Assembly: GCA_038740245.1 (NCBI GenBank)
Contig: JAVYLZ010000005.1
Coordinates: forward strand, 1 to 35,008
Direction: 5' to 3'
From: Candidatus Micrarchaeia archaeon
GTDB lineage: Archaea; Micrarchaeota; Micrarchaeia; CAILAH01
DNA: 35,008 nt
Part shown: positions 16,836 to 26,329 of the stretch, piece after piece
How positions within the stretch are numbered: position 1 is the stretch's first letter
How the letters are laid out: each line of letters opens with the position of its first letter
Translations under genes and position numbers: made by a program
Notes under the pieces: model-generated
The model's input: the letters and a program-made list of their open reading frames with translations, nothing else
Databases searched by the model: none
Told to the model about the DNA's origin: nothing

Positions 16836-18119
16836 TCACTCCCGTATCCTCTTGACATTTTTCAGGCCGAACCACCAGGAGTTCGGGTCCATTTTTGAGA
16901 GTGCACGCGCCCACCGTTTTGCGGTCTTGGTCCTGAGCGATGATTGTATCCGCAGTATCCATTCACGCGCGTTCCTGTATCCTTTGCATTCATATTCGCG
17001 GGCGCTTGCCAGCGCCTCAAGCAAATCAGCGTCCTTGCAGATGTCAGCGATCTTTTGGTTTTTATAATTGTCCCACGCCTCAAGCAAATGCCTGCGCTTG
17101 GCATCATCAAGCCTCGCAACCTGGTCTGCAAATGCGTGCTTCTCAATGGCAGGCTTATTATCTACGTAAGCCATCGTGACCTTGTTCATATCGCCAATTC
17201 TGGCCTCTGCGATATCGTGTGTAATGTTGGTAAACGCGCACTTGTACGGGTCTTCCCCCTCTTCCACTGCAAGCAGGTATGCGATTATTGCAGAGCGGAA
17301 CGAGTGTTCCGCAACATTTTCAGGCGAATCAACCTGCAGGAATGCCCAGCCGCTGCGCGGCGTATACCTAAGCGCGCCCGCCTCATACACAAACTTCATC
17401 TGCTCAAACAGGCTTTTTGTGCCTGATTTTTCAATCTTGTCAACAACCTCGCGCACGTTTGAGTAATCGGCAATCCAGAATCCGTTTTCTTCTGCATAAT
17501 GCCTTAGGGGGCCTTTGGGGTTAAGTGCAATCGGGTATGCAACGCTCTCAAGCAGCGGAAGGTCGTGTATAGTGTCGCCGAGTGCAAACGATTGCGAGGT
17601 GTCAATCGCACGCAGCATTATCGCCTCGCGCACAAGCTCTCCCTTGCCACGCTCATCCAGATGCATCGTGCTTAGCATTTCACCCGTGTATTTTCCATCC
17701 CGTATCTCTGGCTCGGTTGCATGGTAATCCTTAATGCCGAAGTATTCCATTACGAGGTCAACAGGGACTTTTGGCGAGGCGGTTATCGCAACAATCCGAT
17801 ATCCCTTGGCGCGGAACTCGCGCACCAGCCTGAGCGAGCTTTCAGGAATGCTTTTTCTGAACCCAGCAAAAAATTTTTTTGCAAGAGTATGCATTTCCTT
17901 TTCATCCCGCCCCCTTATTATATTACCGTAAAGCATAACCCACTCGCGCGTGAATGAAATATGGTCCAGCATCCCCTTATCGTATGCCTCAACAAGCGCC
18001 TCATGCTGCTCAAACAAGCCCTCGCTTATGTGGCCGTTTGCACCGAGAAAGCGCACCCATGAAATCCCGACATACTCGCACAGCGTGCCGTCAACATCGG
18101 TTATTACCGCCTTTTCCAT
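16836..18119 (-). CDS. HAD-IB phosphatase fused to a YfbR/HDDC2-type HD-domain nucleotidase
   Basis: N-terminal half: DVDGT, ITAS, GDTIHD. C-terminal half: PRSGW, ENVAEHSF, HDIAEARIGD, KDADLLE. Confidence 0.85.
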   Translation of the reverse strand: MEKAVITDVDGTLCEYVGISWVRFLGANGHISEGLFEQHEALVEAYDKGMLDHISFTREWVMLYGNIIRGRDEKEMHTLAKKFFAGFRKSIPESSLRLVREFRAKGYRIVAITASPKVPVDLVMEYFGIKDYHATEPEIRDGKYTGEMLSTMHLDERGKGELVREAIMLRAIDTSQSFALGDTIHDLPLLESVAYPIALNPKGPLRHYAEENGFWIADYSNVREVVDKIEKSGTKSLFEQMKFVYEAGALRYTPRSGWAFLQVDSPENVAEHSFRSAIIAYLLAVEEGEDPYKCAFTNITHDIAEARIGDMNKVTMAYVDNKPAIEKHAFADQVARLDDAKRRHLLEAWDNYKNQKIADICKDADLLEALASAREYECKGYRNAREWILRIQSSLRTKTAKRWARALSKMDPNSWWFGLKNVKRIRE

Positions 18120-18165
18120 AATAAGCACCGTTGATTTTGGCAAAATGCAAACGCACCATTGCCGA

Positions 18166-18678
18166 TTATTGTCTTACAGCTATTCTTCCGAACTTCTTAT
18201 AAGGCTTGCTGGTTGGCGTTTCAAGCCTCTCAAAATATACCTGTGAGACCCGTTCGCCGGCATACAATTTCAGCGTGAATGGTGAGAGATTGGCAATCTC
18301 AAGCACCTGCCTGTTGTCAGACCCGGGCTGAATAACCGCACTGGTCACATGGACAGTCATACCCAGCCGTGCAAACCTGCTCCTGCCTCCCAGTATGCCA
18401 ATCAAATCATTCGGCATCGTTATGCGCTCCTCAGTAAGCGCAAGGCAGAACCCGCCGGGAGGCAGCTCCAGCGATTTGGCAACCACTTTTTTCATGCACT
18501 TGTGCGGGTCTGTGCTCTCCCTCACATCAATTGGGCCGCGCATCCTGCGCGGCACGTAAAATTCGTTTGATAATGCAAGGTCATACGATGCCTGCTTAAG
18601 GTTTTTCTCATCAAAAGGCGCAATCTTCAAGCTGCCCTTCTTTAACTCACGGAGTATGTCAGTGTTTGAGAGGTACAT
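18166..18678 (-). CDS. dcd: dCTP deaminase
   Basis: ASYDLAL, GRSRFARLG, IQPG, LEIANL and GERVSQ motifs. Confidence 0.92.
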   Translation of the reverse strand: MYLSNTDILRELKKGSLKIAPFDEKNLKQASYDLALSNEFYVPRRMRGPIDVRESTDPHKCMKKVVAKSLELPPGGFCLALTEERITMPNDLIGILGGRSRFARLGMTVHVTSAVIQPGSDNRQVLEIANLSPFTLKLYAGERVSQVYFERLETPTSKPYKKFGRIAVRQ

Positions 18679-18687
18679 TGCAGCACC

Positions 18688-18975
18688 CTAAACTTTCTCT
18701 ATTTTACCGCCCTTTCCGGAGGACAGCTGCTTAGTGCCCTTGAACTCTGACACCCAGCCATTTGAAACCTTAACCTTGTCGCCCACCTTGAATTTTGCGG
18801 CATCATCGTTCCACAGTGTGAGCTTTATCTCGCCGCTGTCATCCTTGAGCGTTGCAGTTGCAACCTTCATTTTTACGCCGTACTTGTTCATTACCTCGCG
18901 CGGGTTCTCCAGGTCAATTATCTCGCCTGTAACCTCTCCGTTCATTGCACCTACCTTTATCTCAGATATTTTCAT
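18688..18975 (-). CDS. Single OB-fold single-stranded DNA-binding protein (SSB/RPA)
   Basis: VATATLKDDSGEIKLTLWN...GDKVKVSNGWVSEFKG..QLSSGK. Confidence 0.9.
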   Translation of the reverse strand: MKISEIKVGAMNGEVTGEIIDLENPREVMNKYGVKMKVATATLKDDSGEIKLTLWNDDAAKFKVGDKVKVSNGWVSEFKGTKQLSSGKGGKIEKV

Positions 18976-19049
18976 GCAATCATCCCTTTTGAGCACTAGC
19001 GCATTTAATTTGGAAACATTAAAAAGAATTAGGGAAGTTTCCCTCCAGC

Positions 19050-19538
19050 TTAGCTCTGCTGCTCAATCGTGCTTGCCTTTGCCATAAACGTGCCGCCAAG
19101 GTACTTGTTTACACCTGAGCCGTCGTCATACTTTAGGAACACCTGCCCGCTTGCTGGATCGCCAATCTGCCTGTTCGTGAAATCGGCAAGTTTGCACGTG
19201 AACGTTTTTTGCTGGCCAGGCGAGAGCTGCTCCAAATTCATGCCTTCAAACAGCCCGTCGCTTATTTGCGTGCCGGTACCGCTCCTGCAGTTCATTGCCA
19301 CCTTTACGGGAACTGCCTGCTGGTTGGTTATCTTGAGCGTGAGCGTGCCCTGCGTGCTCAGGCTTGCAACAGTGCACTGCCATCCAACTGGAAGGCTGCA
19401 CTGGTCCTGCAGCCTGCTCTGCGGGTTGAACACCTGCAGGTAGACAAGCACACCCAGCACGATCACGATGAAAAGTATTGCCCACCCGTAGGTCATCAAG
19501 TATTCCATAGCCGCTTGCGCGCGCCTTGCATTTGCCAT
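19050..19538 (-). CDS. Class III signal peptide pilin-like protein
   Basis: RRA|QAAMEYLMTYGWAILFIVIVLGVL followed by a C..P.G..C motif; ATG 19538 preceded by GGTGA. Confidence 0.88.
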   Translation of the reverse strand: MANARRAQAAMEYLMTYGWAILFIVIVLGVLVYLQVFNPQSRLQDQCSLPVGWQCTVASLSTQGTLTLKITNQQAVPVKVAMNCRSGTGTQISDGLFEGMNLEQLSPGQQKTFTCKLADFTNRQIGDPASGQVFLKYDDGSGVNKYLGGTFMAKASTIEQQS

Positions 19539-19696
19539 AAGTTCACCAATATAGTATTTGGAATAAAGCTTAAAAAGCAAAGACCCCGCCTATGGGGATT
19601 CTACACATCCCTGTGAAATAAATGCGCTCATCGGGCCAGAGCAAATGTGCCAAAGCCAATGCACAGCTTGAAAATGGAAGGTAAAATAAAACAAGT

Positions 19697-20638
19697 TCAG
19701 CCTTTCCTTGCAAACGCGAGTGCGCCGGCCGCAAGCAGCAGCAGTGCGCCCATCGGGCATACGCCCTGTGCGGGCACCTCGCCACCTGTTAACGGTGTTG
19801 CGGGCGGCTTGTTTTCATTCTTTGGCGGGATAAGGCTTTCCTCACCGTTGCCGGTGGATGGTGTGCCCGTGCCGCCGGCAGTTTGCTGTGGGCCTGTTTC
19901 TGCAGGCGTCTCCTGCGGCCCACCACCCTGTGCGCACCGTATAGAAGCCATCCGTATGCTTTCAGCAAGCGCATCAGCATTTTGCTTTAGCGTTATTGCC
20001 TTGTTGGCCAATGAAACAAGCTCACACCGCGCAAGCTCTTCCTTGTTTGCTGCATTCTGCGACTCAAGCTGTGACAGTGTCCCGCTGAACTCGCCGCAGC
20101 ATCCGCACTGTGCAAGCGCCGCACGTGCCGATGACACGGCCGCATCGGCAGCCGAAATTTTTGAGGCAATATCAATCTCTATATTGTGCGGCGAGTATCT
20201 GAACTGCGCAGGCGTTGCATATGTAAATTCCTCACCGGTCTTCCGGCACACCGCACGGAATTTTGCCCACTCCGCCATTTCATCACTGCCCGTGCCTTTT
20301 CCCCCGAACCTCAAGTATGCTTTGCCTTCGCATGTGCTGGTGCTCTCGCCAGCAATGCAAAGCAGCTCCTCATCTGTATATTTGTGCAGCGGGAAATCAT
20401 AATATGAGTAGTATATGTCAATGGACCCTTTGCACGCCTCGCGTGGGTAGCCAATCTCAAACCCGATGGTTGCATATTGAGGTGATTCCGGCATATCGCA
20501 GTTGGACAATTGCATAACCCCGTCTTTGTAAATAACCCGCGTGCCCTTGACATATCCTATATCCACTGTAAACGGCTCAGCAGCACTCACGAGCATCACC
20601 GTGAGGACCATTGCAGCAATAGCCTGCATATATCTCAT
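19697..20638 (-). CDS. Secreted Cys-rich protein with C-terminal membrane anchor
   Basis: Signal peptide, many Cys, Pro/Thr/Gly linker, tail GV-C-PMGALLLLAAGALAF-ARKG. Confidence 0.75.
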   Translation of the reverse strand: MRYMQAIAAMVLTVMLVSAAEPFTVDIGYVKGTRVIYKDGVMQLSNCDMPESPQYATIGFEIGYPREACKGSIDIYYSYYDFPLHKYTDEELLCIAGESTSTCEGKAYLRFGGKGTGSDEMAEWAKFRAVCRKTGEEFTYATPAQFRYSPHNIEIDIASKISAADAAVSSARAALAQCGCCGEFSGTLSQLESQNAANKEELARCELVSLANKAITLKQNADALAESIRMASIRCAQGGGPQETPAETGPQQTAGGTGTPSTGNGEESLIPPKNENKPPATPLTGGEVPAQGVCPMGALLLLAAGALAFARKG

Positions 20639-20693
20639 ATATTCACTCTCCTATCCATACTAGTGCCTGCGCATAGCGAGTTCCCGTGCCCAC

Positions 20694-21932
20694 TCATTTT
20701 GGAAGGCCGTATACCGCCTGCGTGCCAAGCATTTCTTCAATCTCAAGCAGGCGGTTATACTTTGCAAGGCGCTCCCCCCTGCACGGCGCACCGCTTTTTA
20801 TCATGCCGCAGTCAAGCGCCACAGCAAGGTCCGCAATGAATGGGTCGCACGTCTCGCCCGACCTGTGGCTTACCATCACGCCGCAGCCGTTGTTTTTTGC
20901 AAGGCCGGCGGCATCCAACGCCTCGGTAAGCGTCCCTATCTGGTTGACCTTGAGCAGCAGCGTGTCCATGCACCCCATATCTATGGCCTTGCGTATGCGT
21001 TCCACGTTGGTTACCGTAAGGTCATCCCCGATTATCCTGAACGTTGCAGATTTCTTGAGCCCAGCAAACGACTCAAAATCCTCCTCGTCAAACGGGTCCT
21101 CTATGCTGAATATGTTATATTTAGCCGCAAGTTCCAAGTATATCTCCGCCAGCCTTGCGGCATCAACACGCCTGCCGTCAATCGCATATTTCTTGCGCGA
21201 GTAAAACGATGATGCAGCGCAATCAAGCGCAATCCGCATCTCCTTGGCATACCCTTCCGCATCAATTGCGGACTGAATTAGGGCAAGCGCATCCTCGGTT
21301 TTCCTGATAGGCGGTGCAAACCCGCCCTCATCACCAACACCGGTTGCTTTCCTGCCGTGCTTTTTCTCAATAAGCGCACGCAGCGTGCCGTATACTTCAC
21401 AGCACATCCGCACTGCCTCTGAAAAATTGCGGGCGCCGACCGGCGCAACCATAAACTCCTGCACTGCAAGCCCGCTGCCAGCATGCTTGCCGCCGTTTAT
21501 TATGTTCATAAACGGCACGGGAAGCCTGCTTGCCGAGGGATTGAGATATGCAAACAGCTCTTTTCCGGAGGCCTTTGCACCCGCGCGTGCAACCGCAAGC
21601 GACACTGCAGTGGTTGCGTTTGCGCCAAAATTTGACTTGTTTGGCGTCCCGTCAGCATGTATTATTGCAAGGTCAATGGCGTTCTGGTCAAGCACGCTCA
21701 TCCCGCGTATTGCATCACGTATTCTCCCAATGCTGGCGAGCGCTTTAGATACGCCTTTTCCGTGAAATTCATTGCCGCCGTCACGAAGCTCCACCGCCTC
21801 AAACTTGCCGGTGGACGCGCCGCTTGGCGCGGCAGCCCTGCCAATCACATTCTCCGCATAAACCGTGCACTCAACAGTCGGGTTGCCCCGTGAGTCAATT
21901 ATCATCCTGCCAGTGACATCCTTTACCTGCAA
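20694..21932 (-). CDS. eno: Enolase
   Basis: DSRGNPTVE, PSGASTG, GDEGGFAP, LLKVNQIG, SHRSGET and ERLAKYNRL motifs; TTG start after a GGTGG RBS. Confidence 0.97.
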   Translation of the reverse strand: MQVKDVTGRMIIDSRGNPTVECTVYAENVIGRAAAPSGASTGKFEAVELRDGGNEFHGKGVSKALASIGRIRDAIRGMSVLDQNAIDLAIIHADGTPNKSNFGANATTAVSLAVARAGAKASGKELFAYLNPSASRLPVPFMNIINGGKHAGSGLAVQEFMVAPVGARNFSEAVRMCCEVYGTLRALIEKKHGRKATGVGDEGGFAPPIRKTEDALALIQSAIDAEGYAKEMRIALDCAASSFYSRKKYAIDGRRVDAARLAEIYLELAAKYNIFSIEDPFDEEDFESFAGLKKSATFRIIGDDLTVTNVERIRKAIDMGCMDTLLLKVNQIGTLTEALDAAGLAKNNGCGVMVSHRSGETCDPFIADLAVALDCGMIKSGAPCRGERLAKYNRLLEIEEMLGTQAVYGLPK

Positions 21933-21994
21933 GCAACCACCACGCTTAAACTCAGCCGCCAATCCTTTTATTTGTTAACCGGCAAATTTAAACG

Positions 21995-22189
21995 ATGGCA
22001 CTGTACATTGACGGCCGCCGCACCGCCGGGAAATTTGCGAAAGCAATAACGGTAAGCGCACTCCTCAGCCGGCTTGGGCTGGGCAGGGAGCGCGCGCTTG
22101 TGAGGCGCAACGGCCGGCTAATAACAGAGTTTGACGAAGTTTCCCCACAGGACAGGGTTGAGGTGTTCACTGTGGGCAGCCAGGGCTGA
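21995..22189 (+). CDS. Ubiquitin-like ThiS/MoaD/SAMP family sulfur carrier
   Basis: TVSALLSRLGL..ALVRRNG..I....V...DRVEVF beta-grasp pattern; next to a tRNA thiolase; ends in SQG. Confidence 0.8.
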   Translation: MALYIDGRRTAGKFAKAITVSALLSRLGLGRERALVRRNGRLITEFDEVSPQDRVEVFTVGSQG

Positions 22190-22307
22190 GCACATGGATG
22201 GCATTAAACTTGTGGCGGGTGTGGTCTTCCCTGTATTCGGTGTTTACACAGGATACGGTGTGCGGCAGTGTTTCCGGTTAGCTTAGTGTTTGTGGCGGGC
22301 TGAGCAT

Positions 22308-23219
22308 ATGAAATGCAGTGAATGCAATGCAGATGCCATAATCTACCTCCCATCCTCACAGAAGTTCCTGTGCGGCAAGCATTTCACGCGGCTTACCGAG
22401 CGCCGGGTTGGCGCGGCGATGCGTGAGCACTCAATGGTGCGCGGCCGGAAACGCATAGGCATTGCAATATCAGGCGGCAAGGACAGCCTCACCCTGCTGT
22501 ACATAATGCACAAGCTGCTGGGCAAGGACAGGCGCCTTAAACTGGTCGCGCTTACAGTTGATGAGGGGATAGGCGAATACCGCACCGAGAGCATCAAAAG
22601 GTGCAGGGAGCTTTGCAGGAAGCTGGGTGTTGAGCACCACGTATACTCGTTCAAGGATTATGCGGTGCCAATGCGCAGGCTTATGCGGCGCGAGCGCACA
22701 GACCCGTGCTCATACTGCGGGGTGTTCCGGAGATGGATACTCAACAGGGCGGCACGCGAGCTTAAGCTTGACGCGCTCGCCGTGGCGCACAACCTTGATG
22801 ACACCGTCCAGACATTCCTGATGAACCTGATGCGCAACGAGCCGCTGAGGATGCTCAGGTTCAGGCCTAACGGCGGGATAAGCGACAGCGAGGATTTTGT
22901 GCCGCGCATCCGCCCCCTGTTCTCAATACCCGAGCGTGAGATTCTTGCCTATGCGCTGCACAACGGCATTAAGTTCCATACCGGAAAATGCCCGTACGCA
23001 CACTATGCTATCCGTAATCACGTTCGCAAATTCATCACTGACATGGAAGAAAGATATCCCGGCGTAAAATTTGCACTGCTAAATTCCTACTTGTACATGC
23101 TGCGCTCGCTCAGGCTTGACGTGGTCCCGGAGATTAGGGAGTGCTCTGAGTGCGGCGAGCCCTCAACATCCGGCGTGTGCAAGCGCTGTATACTGCTTAA
23201 GGAGGCCATGCGCAAGTAG
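22308..23219 (+). CDS. ncsA: tRNA 2-thiolation protein, NcsA/TtuA/Ctu1 family
   Basis: N-terminal CxxC..CxxH, PP-loop SGGKDS, CSYCGVFRR, AHNLDD, CPY and C-terminal CxxC..CxxC. Confidence 0.92.
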   Translation: MKCSECNADAIIYLPSSQKFLCGKHFTRLTERRVGAAMREHSMVRGRKRIGIAISGGKDSLTLLYIMHKLLGKDRRLKLVALTVDEGIGEYRTESIKRCRELCRKLGVEHHVYSFKDYAVPMRRLMRRERTDPCSYCGVFRRWILNRAARELKLDALAVAHNLDDTVQTFLMNLMRNEPLRMLRFRPNGGISDSEDFVPRIRPLFSIPEREILAYALHNGIKFHTGKCPYAHYAIRNHVRKFITDMEERYPGVKFALLNSYLYMLRSLRLDVVPEIRECSECGEPSTSGVCKRCILLKEAMRK

Positions 23220-23251
23220 CGGCAACCCCTCAATTTACTGCATAAAAAATG

Positions 23252-24763
23252 CTATGCATTCTTGCGGCTCATCCACGCGTGCCACACGAGCATTGCAAGC
23301 GCAACAAGCGTGAGCCCGCCATAGTCAAACAGAGGCATGATTATGCAGCAGTGCACAGCCATCGCACCCTCGCCGAGCAGTGCGCCCACAAGCTCGCTTG
23401 CATTGTGCATTGAATGGAAGAACATGGCGGGCAGCAGTGCTGGCAGGAACAGCATGAGGTGCGGCAGCCCGCGCTCCCTGAGCAGGCCGATTATGCCGCC
23501 GGTCATTGAGGTATACACGCCGTGCATGGCCGAGAACGCCACCGAACGCATCAGGAACACGAGCACCCACATCCCTATGTTTGCGCCCATAGGGTTGTTG
23601 AGCAGGTACAGCCAGTTCTCAATGAATGCGAACCCCATGCCCACCGTGAACCCGTAGACCAGGCCATCGCTCATGCTGTCATACTCATGGTGCAGTGAGA
23701 ATATCCCCAGCCCCGCGCCCTTGAAGAACTCCTCAACCGCCGGCGCTATGAGCGCGGCTGTCAGCGCGCCCGCACCGATGGCAAGAAGCGCCGAACCCGC
23801 GAACGTGTTGATGCCTATGGCAAGCAGGCAGGAGAGGCACCCCCACAGGAACAGTGACGCGATTATCCGCAGCGGCTCGTGTTCCTTGTAATCGGCAAGC
23901 CACCACGCGGCCACCCACAGGAACGGTGCGAAGAATGCAATCCCGCCGCTCACAAGGAATGCAAGCATAGCGGTCCCCGATGCGGCCGCTCCCGAGTGAG
24001 CAAGCATGTAAAGCACGATTGCGGCAACCCCAAAAAGCTCAAACACCCAGAACAGCGGCGACGCTATGAACGCCATTATTAAATCGGGCAGCGTGCGTGC
24101 CCCCCTGAACGGGTTGACAAGAGTGCCAAGGGAGTATTCGCCTTCATACCGCGTCCTGTGCTTTTCCCGTGAGCTTATATTGTACATAAGCGCGAACACA
24201 GGCAGCACGATTGCGCCCAGCCCCCCAATTATTGCGAGCGCAGCTATCCCGCCGAACCCCCATACAGATAGTTCATATTCCTCCCAGTTGCACTGGACCT
24301 GCAGCGCTTGTGTGGCCAGCGGCTCGCCGTCAAGCGGTGTAAGCACTGCACGTATTTCAGCCACGCCCTGCCCTTCATACCAGTACGGCACATCCACATC
24401 GCACTCAACTTTCGTTAGCCCGGCATATCCCTCTTCTGCATGGTCCTTAAGGCAGTCGGTACGTGAGATTATGCGTTTGCCGCTGTCAACCACCGCCTCA
24501 AGCGCATCCCCTTCATTGAGCGGCGGGGTGGTAATAACTACACGGTATGCTGCAGGTGAATCCCCTGGCGACATTTGTGGCCCATCAATGCCCTTTATTG
24601 TGAACTGCTCATCCGTGCCGAGCCGGTCCAGCGCCTGCACCTCATATCCTTCCCCGCTTATGGCATCCACTGCAAACAGCAGCAGGCTTGTGCCGCAGCC
24701 AAGCAGGCAGGCGAGCACGAGCAGCCCGGCAATCCCGTAATTTACTGATGGTGGAAGCTGCAT
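23252..24763 (-). CDS. PrsW-family intramembrane protease with an N-terminal extracytoplasmic domain
   Basis: APAVEEFFKG, GMGFAFIEN, HGVYT and HSMHN motifs in a multi-TM C-terminal half. Confidence 0.88.
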   Translation of the reverse strand: MQLPPSVNYGIAGLLVLACLLGCGTSLLLFAVDAISGEGYEVQALDRLGTDEQFTIKGIDGPQMSPGDSPAAYRVVITTPPLNEGDALEAVVDSGKRIISRTDCLKDHAEEGYAGLTKVECDVDVPYWYEGQGVAEIRAVLTPLDGEPLATQALQVQCNWEEYELSVWGFGGIAALAIIGGLGAIVLPVFALMYNISSREKHRTRYEGEYSLGTLVNPFRGARTLPDLIMAFIASPLFWVFELFGVAAIVLYMLAHSGAAASGTAMLAFLVSGGIAFFAPFLWVAAWWLADYKEHEPLRIIASLFLWGCLSCLLAIGINTFAGSALLAIGAGALTAALIAPAVEEFFKGAGLGIFSLHHEYDSMSDGLVYGFTVGMGFAFIENWLYLLNNPMGANIGMWVLVFLMRSVAFSAMHGVYTSMTGGIIGLLRERGLPHLMLFLPALLPAMFFHSMHNASELVGALLGEGAMAVHCCIIMPLFDYGGLTLVALAMLVWHAWMSRKNA

Positions 24764-24874
24764 GCGCTAATATGCGCATGTGTGCTTATAACTGCCAACC
24801 TGCCATATGCTTTTATATATTTGCACTTTAATAGAACCCGTAATTCAGAGGGATTTTGGCAAAGGTGGTATGTG

Positions 24875-25606
24875 ATGTATCCAGTTTCTCCACAGGCGTA
24901 TGACCGGGCGATTACTGTATTCAGCCCAGATGGCCGGCTGTTCCAGGTAGAGTATGCAAAGGAGGCGGTGAAGAGGGGAAGCACGGCACTGGGGATGATA
25001 TGCAAGGACGGCGTTGTGCTGGCGGCCAACCGCCTGGTCCAGAATGACCTGCTGCAGCTTGATTCCGTGAGGAAAATACACATAATAGATGACGGCATAA
25101 TCGCAACCTCATCAGGGCTTGCGGCGGATGCACGCCGGCTGATTGACATGGCACGCATTGAGGCGCAGAAGCACAGGATAACTTATTCAGAGCCGATAAA
25201 TGTGCTTGAGCTCAGCAAGAGGATTGCTGATACCATACAAATTTATACGCAGTATGGCGGCATCAGGCCGTTTGGCGTTTCAATGCTGTTCACGGGCATA
25301 AACGAGAACGTGCTCTCGCTGTATGAGGTTGAGCCCAGCGGCGCATACACGGGCTTTTACGCAACCTCAATCGGCTCGGGCAAGGATGCCGTGGATAAAT
25401 ACCTCTCGGAGAACTACCGGAAGGATATGTCGCTTGAGGAGGCGATATCGCTCTCCATACAGGCGCTCAGCAAGGCATCCGCTGAGGATGACGCAAAGAA
25501 AATTTCGGAGCAGACGCTTGACATTGCAATAGTAAGCAAGAAGGACAGGAAGGCCCGTTATCTTGAGCCGCAGGAGATTCGCAGGTATCTCTCGCGTGGC
25601 AGGTAA
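24875..25606 (+). CDS. psmA: Proteasome subunit alpha
   Basis: YDRAITVFSPDGRLFQVEYA and YTQYGGIRPFG motifs; GGTGG RBS before ATG 24875. Confidence 0.98.
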   Translation: MYPVSPQAYDRAITVFSPDGRLFQVEYAKEAVKRGSTALGMICKDGVVLAANRLVQNDLLQLDSVRKIHIIDDGIIATSSGLAADARRLIDMARIEAQKHRITYSEPINVLELSKRIADTIQIYTQYGGIRPFGVSMLFTGINENVLSLYEVEPSGAYTGFYATSIGSGKDAVDKYLSENYRKDMSLEEAISLSIQALSKASAEDDAKKISEQTLDIAIVSKKDRKARYLEPQEIRRYLSRGR

Positions 25607-25626
25607 TTTTCGGGTGATTGTTTAGC

Positions 25627-26325
25627 ATGGTTTCACTGGACAACGCAGTTATAATCCGCCTTGAAAAGGGCGGTGAGAAGTTTGAGGTTTTTGCAGACCC
25701 AAATAAGGTGGCCGCATTCAGGAAAGGCGAGCAGGTAAGCATAAACGACATGGTTGCAGTGCACGAAGTGTTCAAGGACGGCCGCAAGGGCGATTCACAG
25801 TCCGAGCAGGCGCTTAAGAAGGCATTCGGCACGACGGATTTCAACTCAATCGCCAAGGAAATACTCATGAAGGGGGAGCTGCACCTGACAACCGAGCAGA
25901 AGCGCAAGCTCATGGAGGAGAAGCGCGCCAAGATAGTCCAGTATATCGCGCAAAACTTTGTGGACCCGCATACAGGCGCACCGCACCCTGCCAAAAGGAT
26001 TGAGCTTGCGATGGAAGAAGCCAAGGTGCGAATAGACGATATGCGGTCTGCTGAAGCACAGGTTGATGATGTGGTTAAGCTTTTGCGCCCGCTCATACCT
26101 CTCAGGTTTGAGGTGGTGCGTGTGGCTCTGAAAGCACCGCCACAGTATGCCGGCAGGGTTGCGGGGGTGCTTAAGGAGTTTAATGTCAAGAAGGAGGAAT
26201 GGCTTGGCGACGGCTCGCTGGCCGCGCTTGTGGAGGTTTCCCCGGGCATGCAGTCGGTGCTGTACGACAAGCTGAACAAGGCAACACATGGTGAAATCCA
26301 AACAAAAATAGTTGACAGGCTGTGA
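25627..26325 (+). CDS. Ribosome maturation factor SBDS/Sdo1
   Basis: GEKFEV, FGTTD, LTTEQKR and PHPAKRIE motifs; exosome superoperon context. Confidence 0.96.
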   Translation: MVSLDNAVIIRLEKGGEKFEVFADPNKVAAFRKGEQVSINDMVAVHEVFKDGRKGDSQSEQALKKAFGTTDFNSIAKEILMKGELHLTTEQKRKLMEEKRAKIVQYIAQNFVDPHTGAPHPAKRIELAMEEAKVRIDDMRSAEAQVDDVVKLLRPLIPLRFEVVRVALKAPPQYAGRVAGVLKEFNVKKEEWLGDGSLAALVEVSPGMQSVLYDKLNKATHGEIQTKIVDRL

Positions 26326-26329
26326 TAAT

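Noticed and set aside
19570..19690. Intergenic hairpins (GACCCC/GGGGAT and CTGTG/CACAG) as a structured ncRNA
   Set aside because: Short stems with no recognisable family motif. They are explained by a terminator and promoter between two genes.
22194..22286. 30-codon ORF (MDGIKLVAGVVFPVFGVYTGYGVRQCFRLA) between the ubiquitin-like gene and ncsA
   Set aside because: It fills the gap but has no recognisable motif or clear RBS, so it cannot be supported.
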